Assembly: GCA_951406725.2 (NCBI GenBank)
Contig: OX597814.1
Location: forward strand, 9,114,001-9,178,000
DNA length: 64,000 bases
From: Octopus vulgaris
Lineage: Eukaryota
Reading direction: 5' to 3'
This document shows positions 52,890-64,000 of the stretch, piece after piece; position 1 is the first letter of the stretch; each line of letters opens with the position of its first letter. The notes under the pieces were generated by a model that saw only the letters and a program-made list of their open reading frames with translations, was not told where the DNA came from and did not search any database. The position numbers were made by a program, and so were the translations under genes.

Positions 52890-54100
52890 TTGCATGAAAG
52901 TATATGCGACCATGAATAGATTGGTTTTGAGGTATCACTTTAACCGTCATTCATTGCCCTTGCTCTTGAAAAAGCTACATAAAGCTGGCCACGAGTGAAG
53001 CATGGCTGTGGCAAATGTATTCCAACTCTATTGAATGATTGCCATTGTGCTTTATTGATTGTCATAGAATAGGACAGACAAACTAGGAACTGGGTCCGAT
53101 GCAGAATGCATGGAATGTTTGTATTGCTTGGAGTAAGCTTGATTCTTGGAATCAGTTCTCTCATGTGAGAATGAGATCCACTTATAATTGATGCTTCGAT
53201 GCTATGCTCATGGAGCTGAAGTACTTCCAAGAGAGTTCCATTGCATAGAGCTTGTGTTATAGAGAAGTTTCTAAGAAGCATAATAATTGCTCCAACTTTC
53301 AAGTTAAGGTGATGGGGAGGCATTCCAGAAGGTGTAAGAGAGTTTATAAACTCCATAGGATAATTCCGGGCTTCTTCTTCATTATCAGAAGTTATTGAGT
53401 CGGTGCTTAGATATGTCTTAGTTTCAGGGGGCAATCTCCTTAGAATTTCTTCATTTACTGCTGAGCAGTCTGAAGTTTTAGGGAATAAGATCACTCTATT
53501 TTTCATTTCTTCTGCTGTACAATTGTCAAATATATTAGATACCATAGAATTGTTACACATGCATGCCTCAGGAATATCAATAGCATCTTCTGAAAGATCA
53601 TCAAGAGAGCTTTGAAGAAATCCACTTCCAAGTTGTAGCAGCCACTTCGGAAAATCTTGTCCATTTCCATTTGTTTTCATGTTTTGTGTAAGTTGCATTT
53701 GATGAAAATTATCCCACATAGAGGAGCGTTTGAGGCAGGCATCAAGTCCAGCTGCAGGAGGAGCTCTGGGAATAACTGGGAGAACTTATCTAACATCTCC
53801 TCCTCGTACGATAATTTTCCCACGAAATATACTGTTACTATTCATAATAGCTCTTAAACAATTGTCTACAGCTTCCAAAGCATAAACTGGCATCATTGAA
53901 GCTTCGTCAATACTGAAGACTTTTACTTGCCTAAGAATGTTTCCTTGATCAGAATTTGGTGGAACTTTGCACACATTTATTTCACTCAAAGGAAATGGAA
54001 GCTTGAATATACTGTGAAGATTTACCACTACCTTGCAAAAGAGTTGTAGCAACGCTAGTCCAGAAGCCAAGGGAAATAACTTGAATTTAATCCTGACTTA
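52890..54100 (-). mobile_element. Helitron Pif1-type helicase fragment
   Basis: IDEASM, FRGKIIVRGGD, LTQNM, GMPPHHLNLKVGAIIMLLRN, CNGT, MTINKAQ, GQLYVAFSRA. Confidence 0.9.
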
Positions 54101-54204
54101 TCTCCCTTAGCAAGATAAACACCGACGGTGCAGGTGTAATAATATGGAGATAATAAATAAATAAATAATTAAATAAGAACCCTGTATTGTTGTGGACAAC
54201 TTAC

Positions 54205-54410
54205 TCGAGATTCTGTCAAGTCCACATCAAATGGTATTTTCTCAGTTGTTAATAGAGAATCGTACTCCTTTTTAACAGTTTCTATAGCATTGTCAAGATT
54301 TTGGTATTCAGCAAAGAATTTCAAGGTGACACCAACGTCTTTTTGACCAGCAGAGACATTATCTTCTATTTCTTCATCTTCATCATCTTTATCATCTATA
54401 TCTTCATCAT
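54205..54410 (-). CDS. PARP14: Upstream exon of the PARP14-like gene
   Basis: Acceptor ttcttctatttcAG, consensus donor CGA|GTAAGT, 206 nt open (phase 1 in, phase 0 out): DEDIDDKDDEDEEIEDNVSAGQKDVGVTLKFFAEYQNLDNAIETVKKEYDSLLTTEKIPFDVDLTESR. Phase-compatible with the 5597 acceptor. Not in the ORF track. Confidence 0.7.
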
Positions 54411-54809
54411 CTGAAATAGAAGAAATATTTATTTTGTCAATGAAAAATAACCAAACAAGCAGCAGAAGATTTCTTATGTTGCAGCTTCAAGATTAAATAA
54501 TAATTCTAGTGTTTTCTGTTTTTCTGTTTAGTGAAGAGTTATCAGTTCCTGAAATAATGAAGTTAACCTGAAAAAGACTATCACCTTATCCCTGTGGGGA
54601 GTGATATCAACTGCTCTTTAATTATTGCTATACATCACCATCTAGTACATCACTGCTACCATCTTGGGACTCTTGAATAGTGAATGACGTCAAGTGTTGT
54701 TTAATTATTTCTTCATTTACATTCAAGTTGAAAATTTCTTTAAGTAATGATAAATATTTTGAGAAACCCTAACAAAAAAGATAATTTCTGTTGCATTCAA
54801 CTAAATTTG

Positions 54810-55220
54810 AACGGGCCTCACAGAGGCAATGGCCAAGACCTTTGGCATAATGTCATGCTTAAGAAGAAGACCCATCAAGCTAAGCAAAATCACAGTCATG
54901 GCAGATAGTCATGGTCATGCAAATGGCACCCGTGCCAGTGGCTAGATGTTACCAGAAAAGTATGTTCTGTTATCAGTAGGATAGGTACTAAAAATATAGT
55001 AGACACTAACTTATTGATCTCTGCAGGACGTGGGGTAGTAGTTATAAAAGCACCCATTACACTCTTGGAGTGGTTGGTATTAGGAAGGGCATCCAGCCAT
55101 AGAAAACCCTGCCGAATCAGACTGGAGTCTGGTGCAGCCTTCCAGCGTGCCAGCTCAGTCAAGCTGTCCAACCCATCCCAACATGGACAACAGATGGTAA
55201 ATGATGATGATGATGATAGT
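54810..55220 (+). mobile_element. RTE 3' UTR element interrupted by a 105-bp local duplication
   Basis: RTE tail motifs and (GAT)n; 54941-55045 copies 55884-55988. Confidence 0.78.
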
Positions 55221-55439
55221 GATAATACAGAATTTACTAAAATATCCTAGTCATTACTAAGCTGGTAACTGGAGCATAAATTAACAGCAATAGATAAGAA
55301 AGGAAAAAAAAATGTCAGGTGCATTTTGAAGCAGTCAAGATAAAAAACACAGATGAACATTGCCTTAATTCAGGTTGTGAGAGACCTGAATTTACACAGA
55401 AACTCTAGTGATAACAAAATAAATGAGGCTAGACCTTTA

Positions 55440-56000
55440 AGGGAAGGCTTCTCACTCAGCATTGGTTGAAGAAGGAAATGGGGGCAATGGTACAGTTCTA
55501 TCTAGAAAGTGAATCCGAAGTAAGGGGTTACAGGAAACGCATGTTAATGCTTTGGCTGCAAAAAAAATGTATGTTTGAAGTAACAGAGCAGAGACAAGTG
55601 AACCAAGCTAATGCTATTAGGAGAAGAAAGTGGATGACAGAATTGGCGATGGAAAAGATCACAAGACAACAAAAAAGAGAGAGGTCAAAAATTAGAACAG
55701 CTAAACAACATCAGTGATACAGTTCAAGCAAATGAAGAGCCTAGAAGACAAAACAATAACTGATCAGGAAAAGAAACCTGATACCAGCAACATAAGTGAG
55801 GAAGATGAGCAGATTTTAAATAAGTTGAAGGAAGTAATGGGTAAAGAAGACAGGAAAAAGATGACCAGCATTAAGAGGAAGTTGCTAGATGTTACCAAAA
55901 AAGTATGTTCTGTTATCAGTAGGATAGGTACTAAAAATATAGTAGACACTAACTTATTGATCTCTGCAGGACATGGGGTAGTAGTTATGTTGTGGTGAAT
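55440..56000 (+). mobile_element. R4/Dong-type N-terminal fragment
   Basis: RGYRKRMLMLW..EQRQVNQANAIRRRKWMTELA..NIVDTNLLISAG. Confidence 0.65.
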
Positions 56001-56129
56001 AGAGAGTAACACCCCTGTGGGATTGAAAGTAGATTCATAAAAGAGTAACATACTTCATTGAGAGGCAGAAGGCATTTGGAGTCTGACGTTGAAGTATTAG
56101 TAGTGTGTCATGTGAATACATTACTTTTG

Positions 56130-57125
56130 CCCAGCTTCCATTTTAATCCTATATCCAAACAACAAGAATATAAAAGTGATGATGAGGTGTTTGAAGCTTG
56201 CATTCAGATGCTCAAATGTTTTTGTACGAAAAAATCGTTAACATGGAGGACTTATTGGCCTGCATAGTGCAGTTGCAAAAGCAGCAACAACAACAAAACC
56301 AACAGTTGGTGCAAGTAATATTCAAGATATCCAAAAGTATGTCATAGTCATTGTCAGCAGACAATGGAGTAAACTGAACTGGAGGAGAGTTCAGTTATGA
56401 CTCAGAAGAAGAAGAAGGAACAACATTTTCTGCACATTTTTGAAGAGACGAAGAAATCTTGAACAAGAACATCAAAACTGGACTGACAAGAAAGAAGTGG
56501 GACCACTTTTAAGAAAGTTATCCCCTGCTGAAGAATCAAGCTGAGATTTGTTTTGAGGAAACAATTTTTATTGAAAATTTTCAATGAAATGAGTTCCCGG
56601 TTCAATACTCACTGGCAGTATTTAAATTTGGTTGCGAAATATGATGAAAATTTCGTCATCTATGGTGGGGTTGTTAACAGAGAATGTGAAAAATTCAAAT
56701 TAAATAAACTGACCTCAGACATGTTCAAATGTCTAATTTTCGTTCTAGTTCTAACCGAAAGCAAAGATGCAGGTACATATTCTCAGATATTAACAAAATT
56801 AGAACAGAACCAAAAATTAACTCTACAGGCAGTAGCAGAAGGGTGCGAAAGGATTATAAATTTAAGGCATGATGCTGATGTAAGTGAAGAAAAGATTGCT
56901 CTTATATTTATGTATGCCAACCTGTAAAGGATTAGAAAAAAGAAAAGAAAAAATATATCAAGATCGAATGCTATGGGCCATGCTATGGTGCAAAGGTTTA
57001 CATTTTAAATGTAATTGACCATTCCAAAAAGTAAAAAACATTTTCAGTGTGGAAAAATCGGACATAAAAGCTCACATTGTAGAGTGAAACAAAAAGAGGT
57101 TGAATGAAAAAACTTCTGTCAAGAA
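56130..57125 (+). mobile_element. Gypsy LTR retrotransposon gag region, decayed
   Basis: VNRECEKFKL..MFKCLIFV..LTLQAVAEGCERI, and a zinc-knuckle remnant (CGKIGHKSSHC) near 57050. Confidence 0.7.
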
Positions 57126-57130
57126 AGTAT

Positions 57131-60100
57131 TCATTATCATCATTGTCATCATTTAAGGTCCATTGTTCAGGCTGGCATGGGTTGGACGGTCTAACCAGGG
57201 ATGGTAAGCTGGAAGGCTGCACTAGGCTCCAGTCTGATTTGGAGTGGTTTTCTATGGCTGGTTGCCCTTCCTAATGCCAACCAATCCAAGAGTGTAACAA
57301 GTGCTTTTACGTGCCATCAGCATGAGTGCCATTTGCATGACAGTGGAGTGTGTTTACATTCCACCGGCACAGGTGCAAATTTATGTGACACTGGTATAGC
57401 TATGACTGCAGTTTTACTTGGCTTCATGGGTCTTCTTCTCAAGCATAACATAATGCCAAAGTTCTTGGTCATTGCCACCATGAGGCCCAACACTTGAAAA
57501 GAACTCAACCACTTTGCCTCCATGAGGCACAACGTTCAAAAAATGTTCATTACTTGCCACCAGTGTGGGTGCACTTGGCTTGATGGGTCCTCTCAAGTAC
57601 AGCACATCACCAAAGGTCTCGGTCACTAGTCATTGCCTCTGTAAGGCTCAAAAATTGTGCTTCACCACATCATCCCATATCTTCCTGGGTCTACCCCTAC
57701 TATGGGTTCCCTCAGCATTTATAGATTGGCATTTCTTTACACAGCTGTCCTCACTCATATGCATCACATGACCATACCAGTGCAGTCGTCTCTCTTGCAC
57801 ACCACACCTGATGCCTCTCATGACTGACTTTTCTCTCAAGATGCTTACACTCTGCGAAACATGCACACTGACATTGCACACCCAGCAAAGCATACTGGCT
57901 TCATTTCTTTCAATCCTACGCATCTCCTCAGCTGTCACAGCCCATGTTTCGCTGCCATGCAGCATAGCTGTTCACACACAGGTTTCATACAATCTGCCTT
58001 TCACTCTGAGAGAGAGGCCCTTTGTTGATAGCAGGGGTAGGAGCTCCCTGAACTTTGCCCAGCCTATTCTTATTCTCACAACTATGCTCTCAGAGCATCC
58101 ATTTCTGCTACTAACTTGGTCACCTAGATAATGGAAGCTATCTACTACCTCTAGTTTTCCCCACTAGCAGTTGATGGAGTCTATTTTCTGCATATTTTCA
58201 GCGTTTATTGTACCTGTGTACCTTCCACATACGAAAGCTACTTTACTTGTTAATCTTCCTCTGATGTTGCTGCATCTTTTATGTTGTGTGTCCAAAGCTT
58301 ACACTGGGTGCATCTTATGCAGTTTCTACCTACGCCTTTTCTATAGGTCGGGCAGGTCTGTCTACCTGAGGAGATTTGTGATTTGTCTGCCTTCCTACTT
58401 ACTATGACTTTGATTCTAGACCTTGCTTCCATACCTGGAACTTCTCTAGTTCAGTTAGTGATTTAGCTATAAGAGTAAGATCATTAGCATAGAGGAGCTC
58501 CCAGGCGCAACTTGTCTTGAATTCCTCTGTTATTGCGTGGAGGACTATAATGAACAAGAGGGGGCTGATGACTGATCCTTGGTGAACCCCTACTTGTACC
58601 CTCAATTCTTCACTGTACTCATTGCCAATCCTCACTTTACTGGTAGTGTCCTTGGACAAGGCTTCTTGGGCTCTCACCAGCCACTCACCTATCCCTAGTT
58701 TATGCATTAACCACCAGATAAGGGATCAGGGGACCCTGTCAAAAGCTTTCTCCAAGTCAACAAAAGCCAAGAACAGAGGTTTATCTTTGGTTAGGTATTT
58801 CTCCTGCAGCTGCCTTATCAGAAATATAGCATCAGGGGTGCTTCTACCTTGCACAAAACCAAACTGCATCTCATCTAGGCTAATTCTCTCCCTAATTAAT
58901 TGTGATATGACTCTCTCTGCAACTTTCGTCAACTGAGCCAACAATTTGATAGCTCTGTAATTATTCATCTAGGGCATCACCTTTGCCTTTGTAGCAGTTG
59001 ACTATGGTGTTACTACACCAGTCAATGGGTATGATTTCTTCGTGAACCACCTGATTGACTATATGAGTGACTAGACCATAACCCACACTGCCAGATATTT
59101 TAAGCATCTCACCAGTGATTCCTGAATGGCTGGGATGTTTTCCCTACCTTCATATCCTTAATTGCTTTATATACTATGTTGATTCGGATAGCTGGTCCCT
59201 CAGTTGGGTCAATATTTGCCAGACTCTCTTCCTCCCATTCTTTCTCCACATTCAGCAGTCTTTCCTAATAACATCTCCAAGCCTCTTTCTTTGCAGAATC
59301 ATTAAAAGCTAGTGCACCATCATCCATGCAGATGCATTTCTCTTCTGTGACATCACAATTTTCTCTCACACACCGTCTTGCAATCCAAAACACTTCAGTT
59401 CTTTGGTCCTCATCATGCTGAACATAAGCAAATGTCTTCTTTTCTGCTTCTCCCTTGGCTAGATATACCTGTCTCCTAGCTATCTGATACAGTTCCCTGC
59501 TACCCAACACTTCCAGACCTGTTTCTTTGCTCGAATAGCCCTATCTAGAGTATTATTCCACCACAATGTTACCCTAGGTCTGGAAGGGACTTGCACCAGC
59601 CACAGATTTGGTCTGTGGCACTCAGCAAGCTGTCTCACAGGAATTCCCAGCTGCCTTCTGTGTCACAGAACTGTAGCTCTTCCTCCCTATCATCAAATTT
59701 CTCAATTAGGATGTCCCTAAATCTCTGATCATGTGAAGGGTTCTTAAGTTTCCAAGTCCTTCTTTTCCACATTGGTCTGCTTCTTGGCATCCTTCTGGTC
59801 TGGAGTCTAAAGTCACTAATGACTAGTCTATGCTGGAGGGTACATTCTTCACCAGGGAGGGTCTTTGTATTTAAGAGCAACCATGCATCCTGTTGTCTGG
59901 TGAGGATGAAATTGATCTAGCTAGCAGAGTCACCTGACTGATAGGTTATTGAATGACTGACTGGCTTCCTGAAATTGGTGATGTAGATCAAAAGGTTTTT
60001 GCATCACAGAACTTCAGGAGCCTAGTTCCCTCTTCATTTCAGGAACCAATACCATGGCCCCCATGAACACCATGGAAGATACCAGGATGCCATCCAACAT

Positions 60101-60170
60101 GCCTGTTGAAATCCCCAGCCACAAAGATGAGATCATTGTCATTCGTCCTTGAGGTAGCCTGCAGCGAGGC
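57131..60170 (-). mobile_element. Decayed RTE LINE nested in the Gypsy element
   Basis: ORF pieces 57648-59880 match RTE EN and RT; the tail lies at 57131-57320. Confidence 0.9.
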
Positions 60171-61680
60171 TCAGAAATGAAAATTTGTGTCCATAAAAAT
60201 GAATAATGTGAACATCATGTTACAACTGGATACAAGCAGTGATATCATGATAATTAACACAGATACGTGGAGGAAAATCAGGAAGCCTAGACTGAAGGAA
60301 ACTTTGAAAATTGCTTCTTGTGTTTCAGGAAAAAAATTAATTTTTAAGGGTGAAATGATAAGTGATGTTACCTTTCGTGGAAAAACCTTAAAAGCCAAAC
60401 GTTTTATGCTGAATAATACAAAAAATTTATTTAGAACAGACTGCATGGAATTATTTAAATTATAGGACCTCTCCATAATTTATTTCTGTAAAACGTGAAT
60501 GGTTCTTTCTGCCAGTACAAATAAAGTGTCAGACAAATTATAAGAAATGATTAAAAAGGAATTTTCCCAAAGTTTTTTCTAATCAGTTAGGTGCTTGCAC
60601 CAAAACAAAGGCTAAGTTTGATGTAAACGAAAACATTTCTCAGTATTTAAACCAAAATGAACTGAACCCTTCACAACAAGTCAACAAAGAATTAAATAGA
60701 CTTGAAAAACTTGGGGTTATTGAAAAGATTTATTACATTCAATGGCATCACCAACAGTTTATGCGAATAAAAAAAAATAACAAAATCTGTGTATGTGCTG
60801 ATTTTTCAACAGAGTTAAAGGAATGTTTGATGCTATATAATTACCTGTTACCAAGTCCAGAAGAAATTTTTGTGATGTTGAATGGAGGAAAATTTTTTTC
60901 AAAGTTGGACCTATCTGAAGCATATTTGCAGGTAAAAGTTGATGAAGAATGTTCAAAATTATTAACAATAAATTACCCATAAAGGATTATACAAATTTAA
61001 TCAACTTCCTTTTGGCATAAAGGTAGCACCAGACATTTTCCAACAAGTTATGGATACTACACTTGCAGATTCATATTTCACTACAGCTTACCTTGTTGAC
61101 ATGCTCATAAAAAGCGAATTTTGTGCTCAGCAAGATGAGCATGTTAAAAAGATCATCCCACAAAATAAAAGATTAAAGCTCAGCAAGGAAAAGTGTGAAT
61201 TTTTATGCCAAGAATAAAATATCTAGAGCAGATTATTGATGAAAATGTATGTAGACCAGATCCATTAAGGGTGAGTGCAATAAAAAATATTACAAGCATT
61301 TTGGGGGCTTGCAAATTGCTACCAGGTATACATACTGAATATGCATGATTTAAGAGCACTCCTGAATAACTTGTTAAAAAAGGCATTAAGTGGAATTGGC
61401 AAGACATGTGCCAAAAAGCTTTTGAAGAAATTAAAAACATTCTAATGTCAGAATTGTTGTTATCACATTTTGACTCAAACTTAGAAATAGTAATGGTATC
61501 AGACGATCGTGACAGTGGTATTGGAGCTGTGATTTTACACAAAAATGAAGAGTGTAGCCTGAAAGCTGTAGCTCATGCTTCACATTCCTTATTGCCAGGT
61601 AAGAAAAGTTACTGTCAGATAGAGAAGGAAGGATCAGCTATCATATTTTCAGTAAAGAAATTCCATAAATTTATACATCT
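60171..61680 (+). mobile_element. Gypsy pol region (protease, RT, RNase H), decayed
   Basis: LQLDTSSD, ICVCADFS, FSKLDLSEAYLQ, DSGIGAVI, YCQIEKEG..FSVKKFHKFI. Confidence 0.88.
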
Positions 61681-62070
61681 ATTAGTCTACAAGTGTTTTC
61701 TTCCCTGTCTTTAATAACTATATCTGGTCTATTTGCCTAGATTGTTCTGTCAGTGATGACAGGAAAATCTCAGAGGATAGTGACATTTTTACCTTCAACG
61801 ACTGGCTCAGGATGCTGTTCATGCCAGTAAACAGGAGTGATGGTTTTGTAGTGTTTACATATTTTCCAATGTAAATACTGTCCTACTTATCATGGCAATT
61901 TTTGTAATTCATAGGTGTAATCACAGGACATATTAAAACAAAATGGTCGATTGTTCATCAAATGTATTGCAGAATCTGCATTTAGGGTCAGAACCAATTT
62001 GAAGAACGTTAGCCTGGTAGTTTTTGGAAAGCAAGCTTTGGTCTTGAGCTGCTAATATGAAACATTCAGT
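61681..62070 (-). mobile_element. R4/Dong-type CCHC/REL fragment
   Basis: Minus strand: HDK..YLHWKICKHY..HPEPVVEGKNVTIL..NRPDIVIKD. Confidence 0.75.
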
Positions 62071-62121
62071 CTGTGTTTTCAGTCCTTACCATTATTATTA
62101 ATTGTTACATTATTATTATTA

Positions 62122-62163
<42 letters not shown>

Positions 62164-62165
<2 letters not shown>

Positions 62166-62545
62166 CTTCGTAACACAGTGTAGGTAAAAATGCACTGGAG
62201 TCTTTAGTCATCTGTCAAGTCACAACAAGGACCTCAGACGGATAATACTTTCCTTAAGATGTGCGCTGTGTCCAATAAAGCTGCTTTTTGTAAGATATCA
62301 ATCTTGCAAGGGATTTCCAATTGCCTTAAGAAGTTTTGAAGTTTCAATGGGATTGAACCCAGCATTCTGATCACCACTGGTATCACTTTTACATTACCCT
62401 CTCACTTTCCATACAGTCTTGCCATTTCCACTTTCAGTTCGGATTACTTGGAGATATTTCAACCTCTTTACTCACAACATTCATGTCATTTGGTATGGCT
62501 ACATCAATGATCTGACAGTATTTGTCTCTCTTACTCAATATGACA
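62164..62545 (-). mobile_element. R4/Dong-type 3' fragment ending in (TAA)n
   Basis: Minus strand: VIPVVIRMLG..LQKAALLGTAHILRKVL, then the TAA tract at 62110-62163. Confidence 0.72.
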
Positions 62546-62667
62546 ATATTATTATTGTTGTTGTCATTGTCGTCATCATTATGATTATCATTATCATTAC
62601 TATCATTATCATTATTATTATTATTATCATTATTATTATTATTATTATCATTATTATTATTATCGTT

Positions 62668-62699
<32 letters not shown>

Positions 62700-63374
62700 C
62701 ATTATTATTATTAGTATTATTATCATTATCGTTATTATCATTATCGTTATTATCATTATTATTATTATTATCATTATTATTATTATTATTGTTATTATTA
62801 TTATCCTTATTATTATTATCATTATTATTATCATTATTATTATTATTATCATTATTAACCTGTGCTAGCGCGGAAAACGGACATTAAACGATGATGATGA
62901 TGATGATGATTATCATTATTATTATTATTATCATCATTATTATTATCATTATCCTTATTATTATCATTATCATTATAATCATTATTATTATCAAAATTAT
63001 TATTATTATTATCATCATTATTATTAATATTATTATTATCATTATTATTATCATAATTATTATTATTATCATTATTATTATCATAATTATTATTATTATC
63101 ATCATTATTATTATTATTATTATTATCATTATAATCATTATTATTAACAAAATTATTATTATTATTATCATCATTATTATTAATATTATTATTATCATTA
63201 TTATTATCATAATTATTATTATTATCATTATTATTATCATAATTATTATTATTATCATCATTATTATTATTATTATTATTATCATTATAATCATTATTAT
63301 TAACAAAATTATTATTATTATTATCAGTATTATTATTAATATTATTATTATCATTATTATTATCATAATTATTA

Positions 63375-63405
<31 letters not shown>

Positions 63406-63503
63406 TATTATCATTATTATTATCATTATTATTATTATCATAATTATTATTATTGTTATTATTATCATTATTATTATCATTATTATTATTATTATCATTA
63501 TTA

Positions 63504-63546
<43 letters not shown>

Positions 63547-63560
63547 CATTATTATTATTC
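62546..63560. repeat. 1-kb compound (ATT/ATC)n microsatellite with a 156-bp higher-order period and an embedded RTE tip (62857-62910)
   Basis: CATTATAATC recurs at 62971, 63127 and 63283. Confidence 0.92.
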
Positions 63561-63905
63561 ATATACACTCAACAGATTAGACTGTTGGAAAGGAAAAATT
63601 CCTAACATCAGGCTACAACAGAGTAACCTTAGATGCCAAGAACCCTCCTAAGCATCCAAGCTGTCCCTAATAACACTGTTTTCTGGAGCTGTACTAAATT
63701 ATGTGTTATGCCTATTTCCTCTATCCATCTGTCGAATATTTAGGGATAGTTCCCAATGCACCTATAACTACTGGAATAGATTTTACCCGCACTTTCCATA
63801 GTCTCTGTAATTCAATGGTTGGGTCCTGGTACTTTGCTATTTTTTTCTAAACCATTTATATTGACTTTCTTATCATTTGTGACTGTAAAGTCAATTATCT
63901 GGCTT
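63559..63905 (-). mobile_element. R4/Dong-type 3' fragment, close relative of 46820-47165
   Basis: Reverse complement shares long exact stretches, e.g. GTCAATATAAATGGTTTAGAAAAA, and the tail CAACAGTCTAATCTGTTGAGTGTATATGAATAATAAT. Confidence 0.85.
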
Positions 63906-64000
63906 TTGTATCCTTGTTTGCAGATACACTATTTTAACAAACAGGAGTAAATATATTCACAGAGGTTAACTTTCAACTCCCAGCATACAAGACTCCAAAT

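Noticed and set aside
54490-54570. Acceptor-like tttttcAG followed by a short open frame
   Set aside because: The frame checked stops at TAA with no donor.
62419-63580. Poly-I and poly-N ORFs
   Set aside because: Translations of the (ATT/ATC)n microsatellite.

Overview
Eukaryotic, AT-rich and almost entirely repeat-derived window. The repeat families resemble those of coleoid cephalopods (Octopus-like); this is an inference from familiarity, not a search result. The only host-gene sequence found is two phase-compatible minus-strand exons of a PARP14-like protein: 54205-54410 and a WWE-domain exon at 5228-5597, separated by a predicted intron of about 48.6 kb. That intron is a stack of mobile elements sorted by microsatellite type. 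From about 8.5 to 44 kb, CR1-group LINEs, RTE LINEs, Helitrons, Penelope-like pieces and a SINE are mostly bounded by (TA)n tracts. From about 45.6 to 64 kb, R4/Dong-type restriction-like-endonuclease LINEs and a non-coding element sit in (TAA)n tracts. Highlights: an intact 1055-aa RTE ORF with a PHD finger inside the RT domain and a possible spliceosomal intron in its leader; three candidate minimal hammerhead ribozymes; a covarying 3' stem-loop shared by the CR1 families and captured by a tRNA-SINE chimera; foldback Penelope and Mariner structures; and local templated-insertion footprints. All calls were made by eye, so boundaries of decayed elements are approximate.
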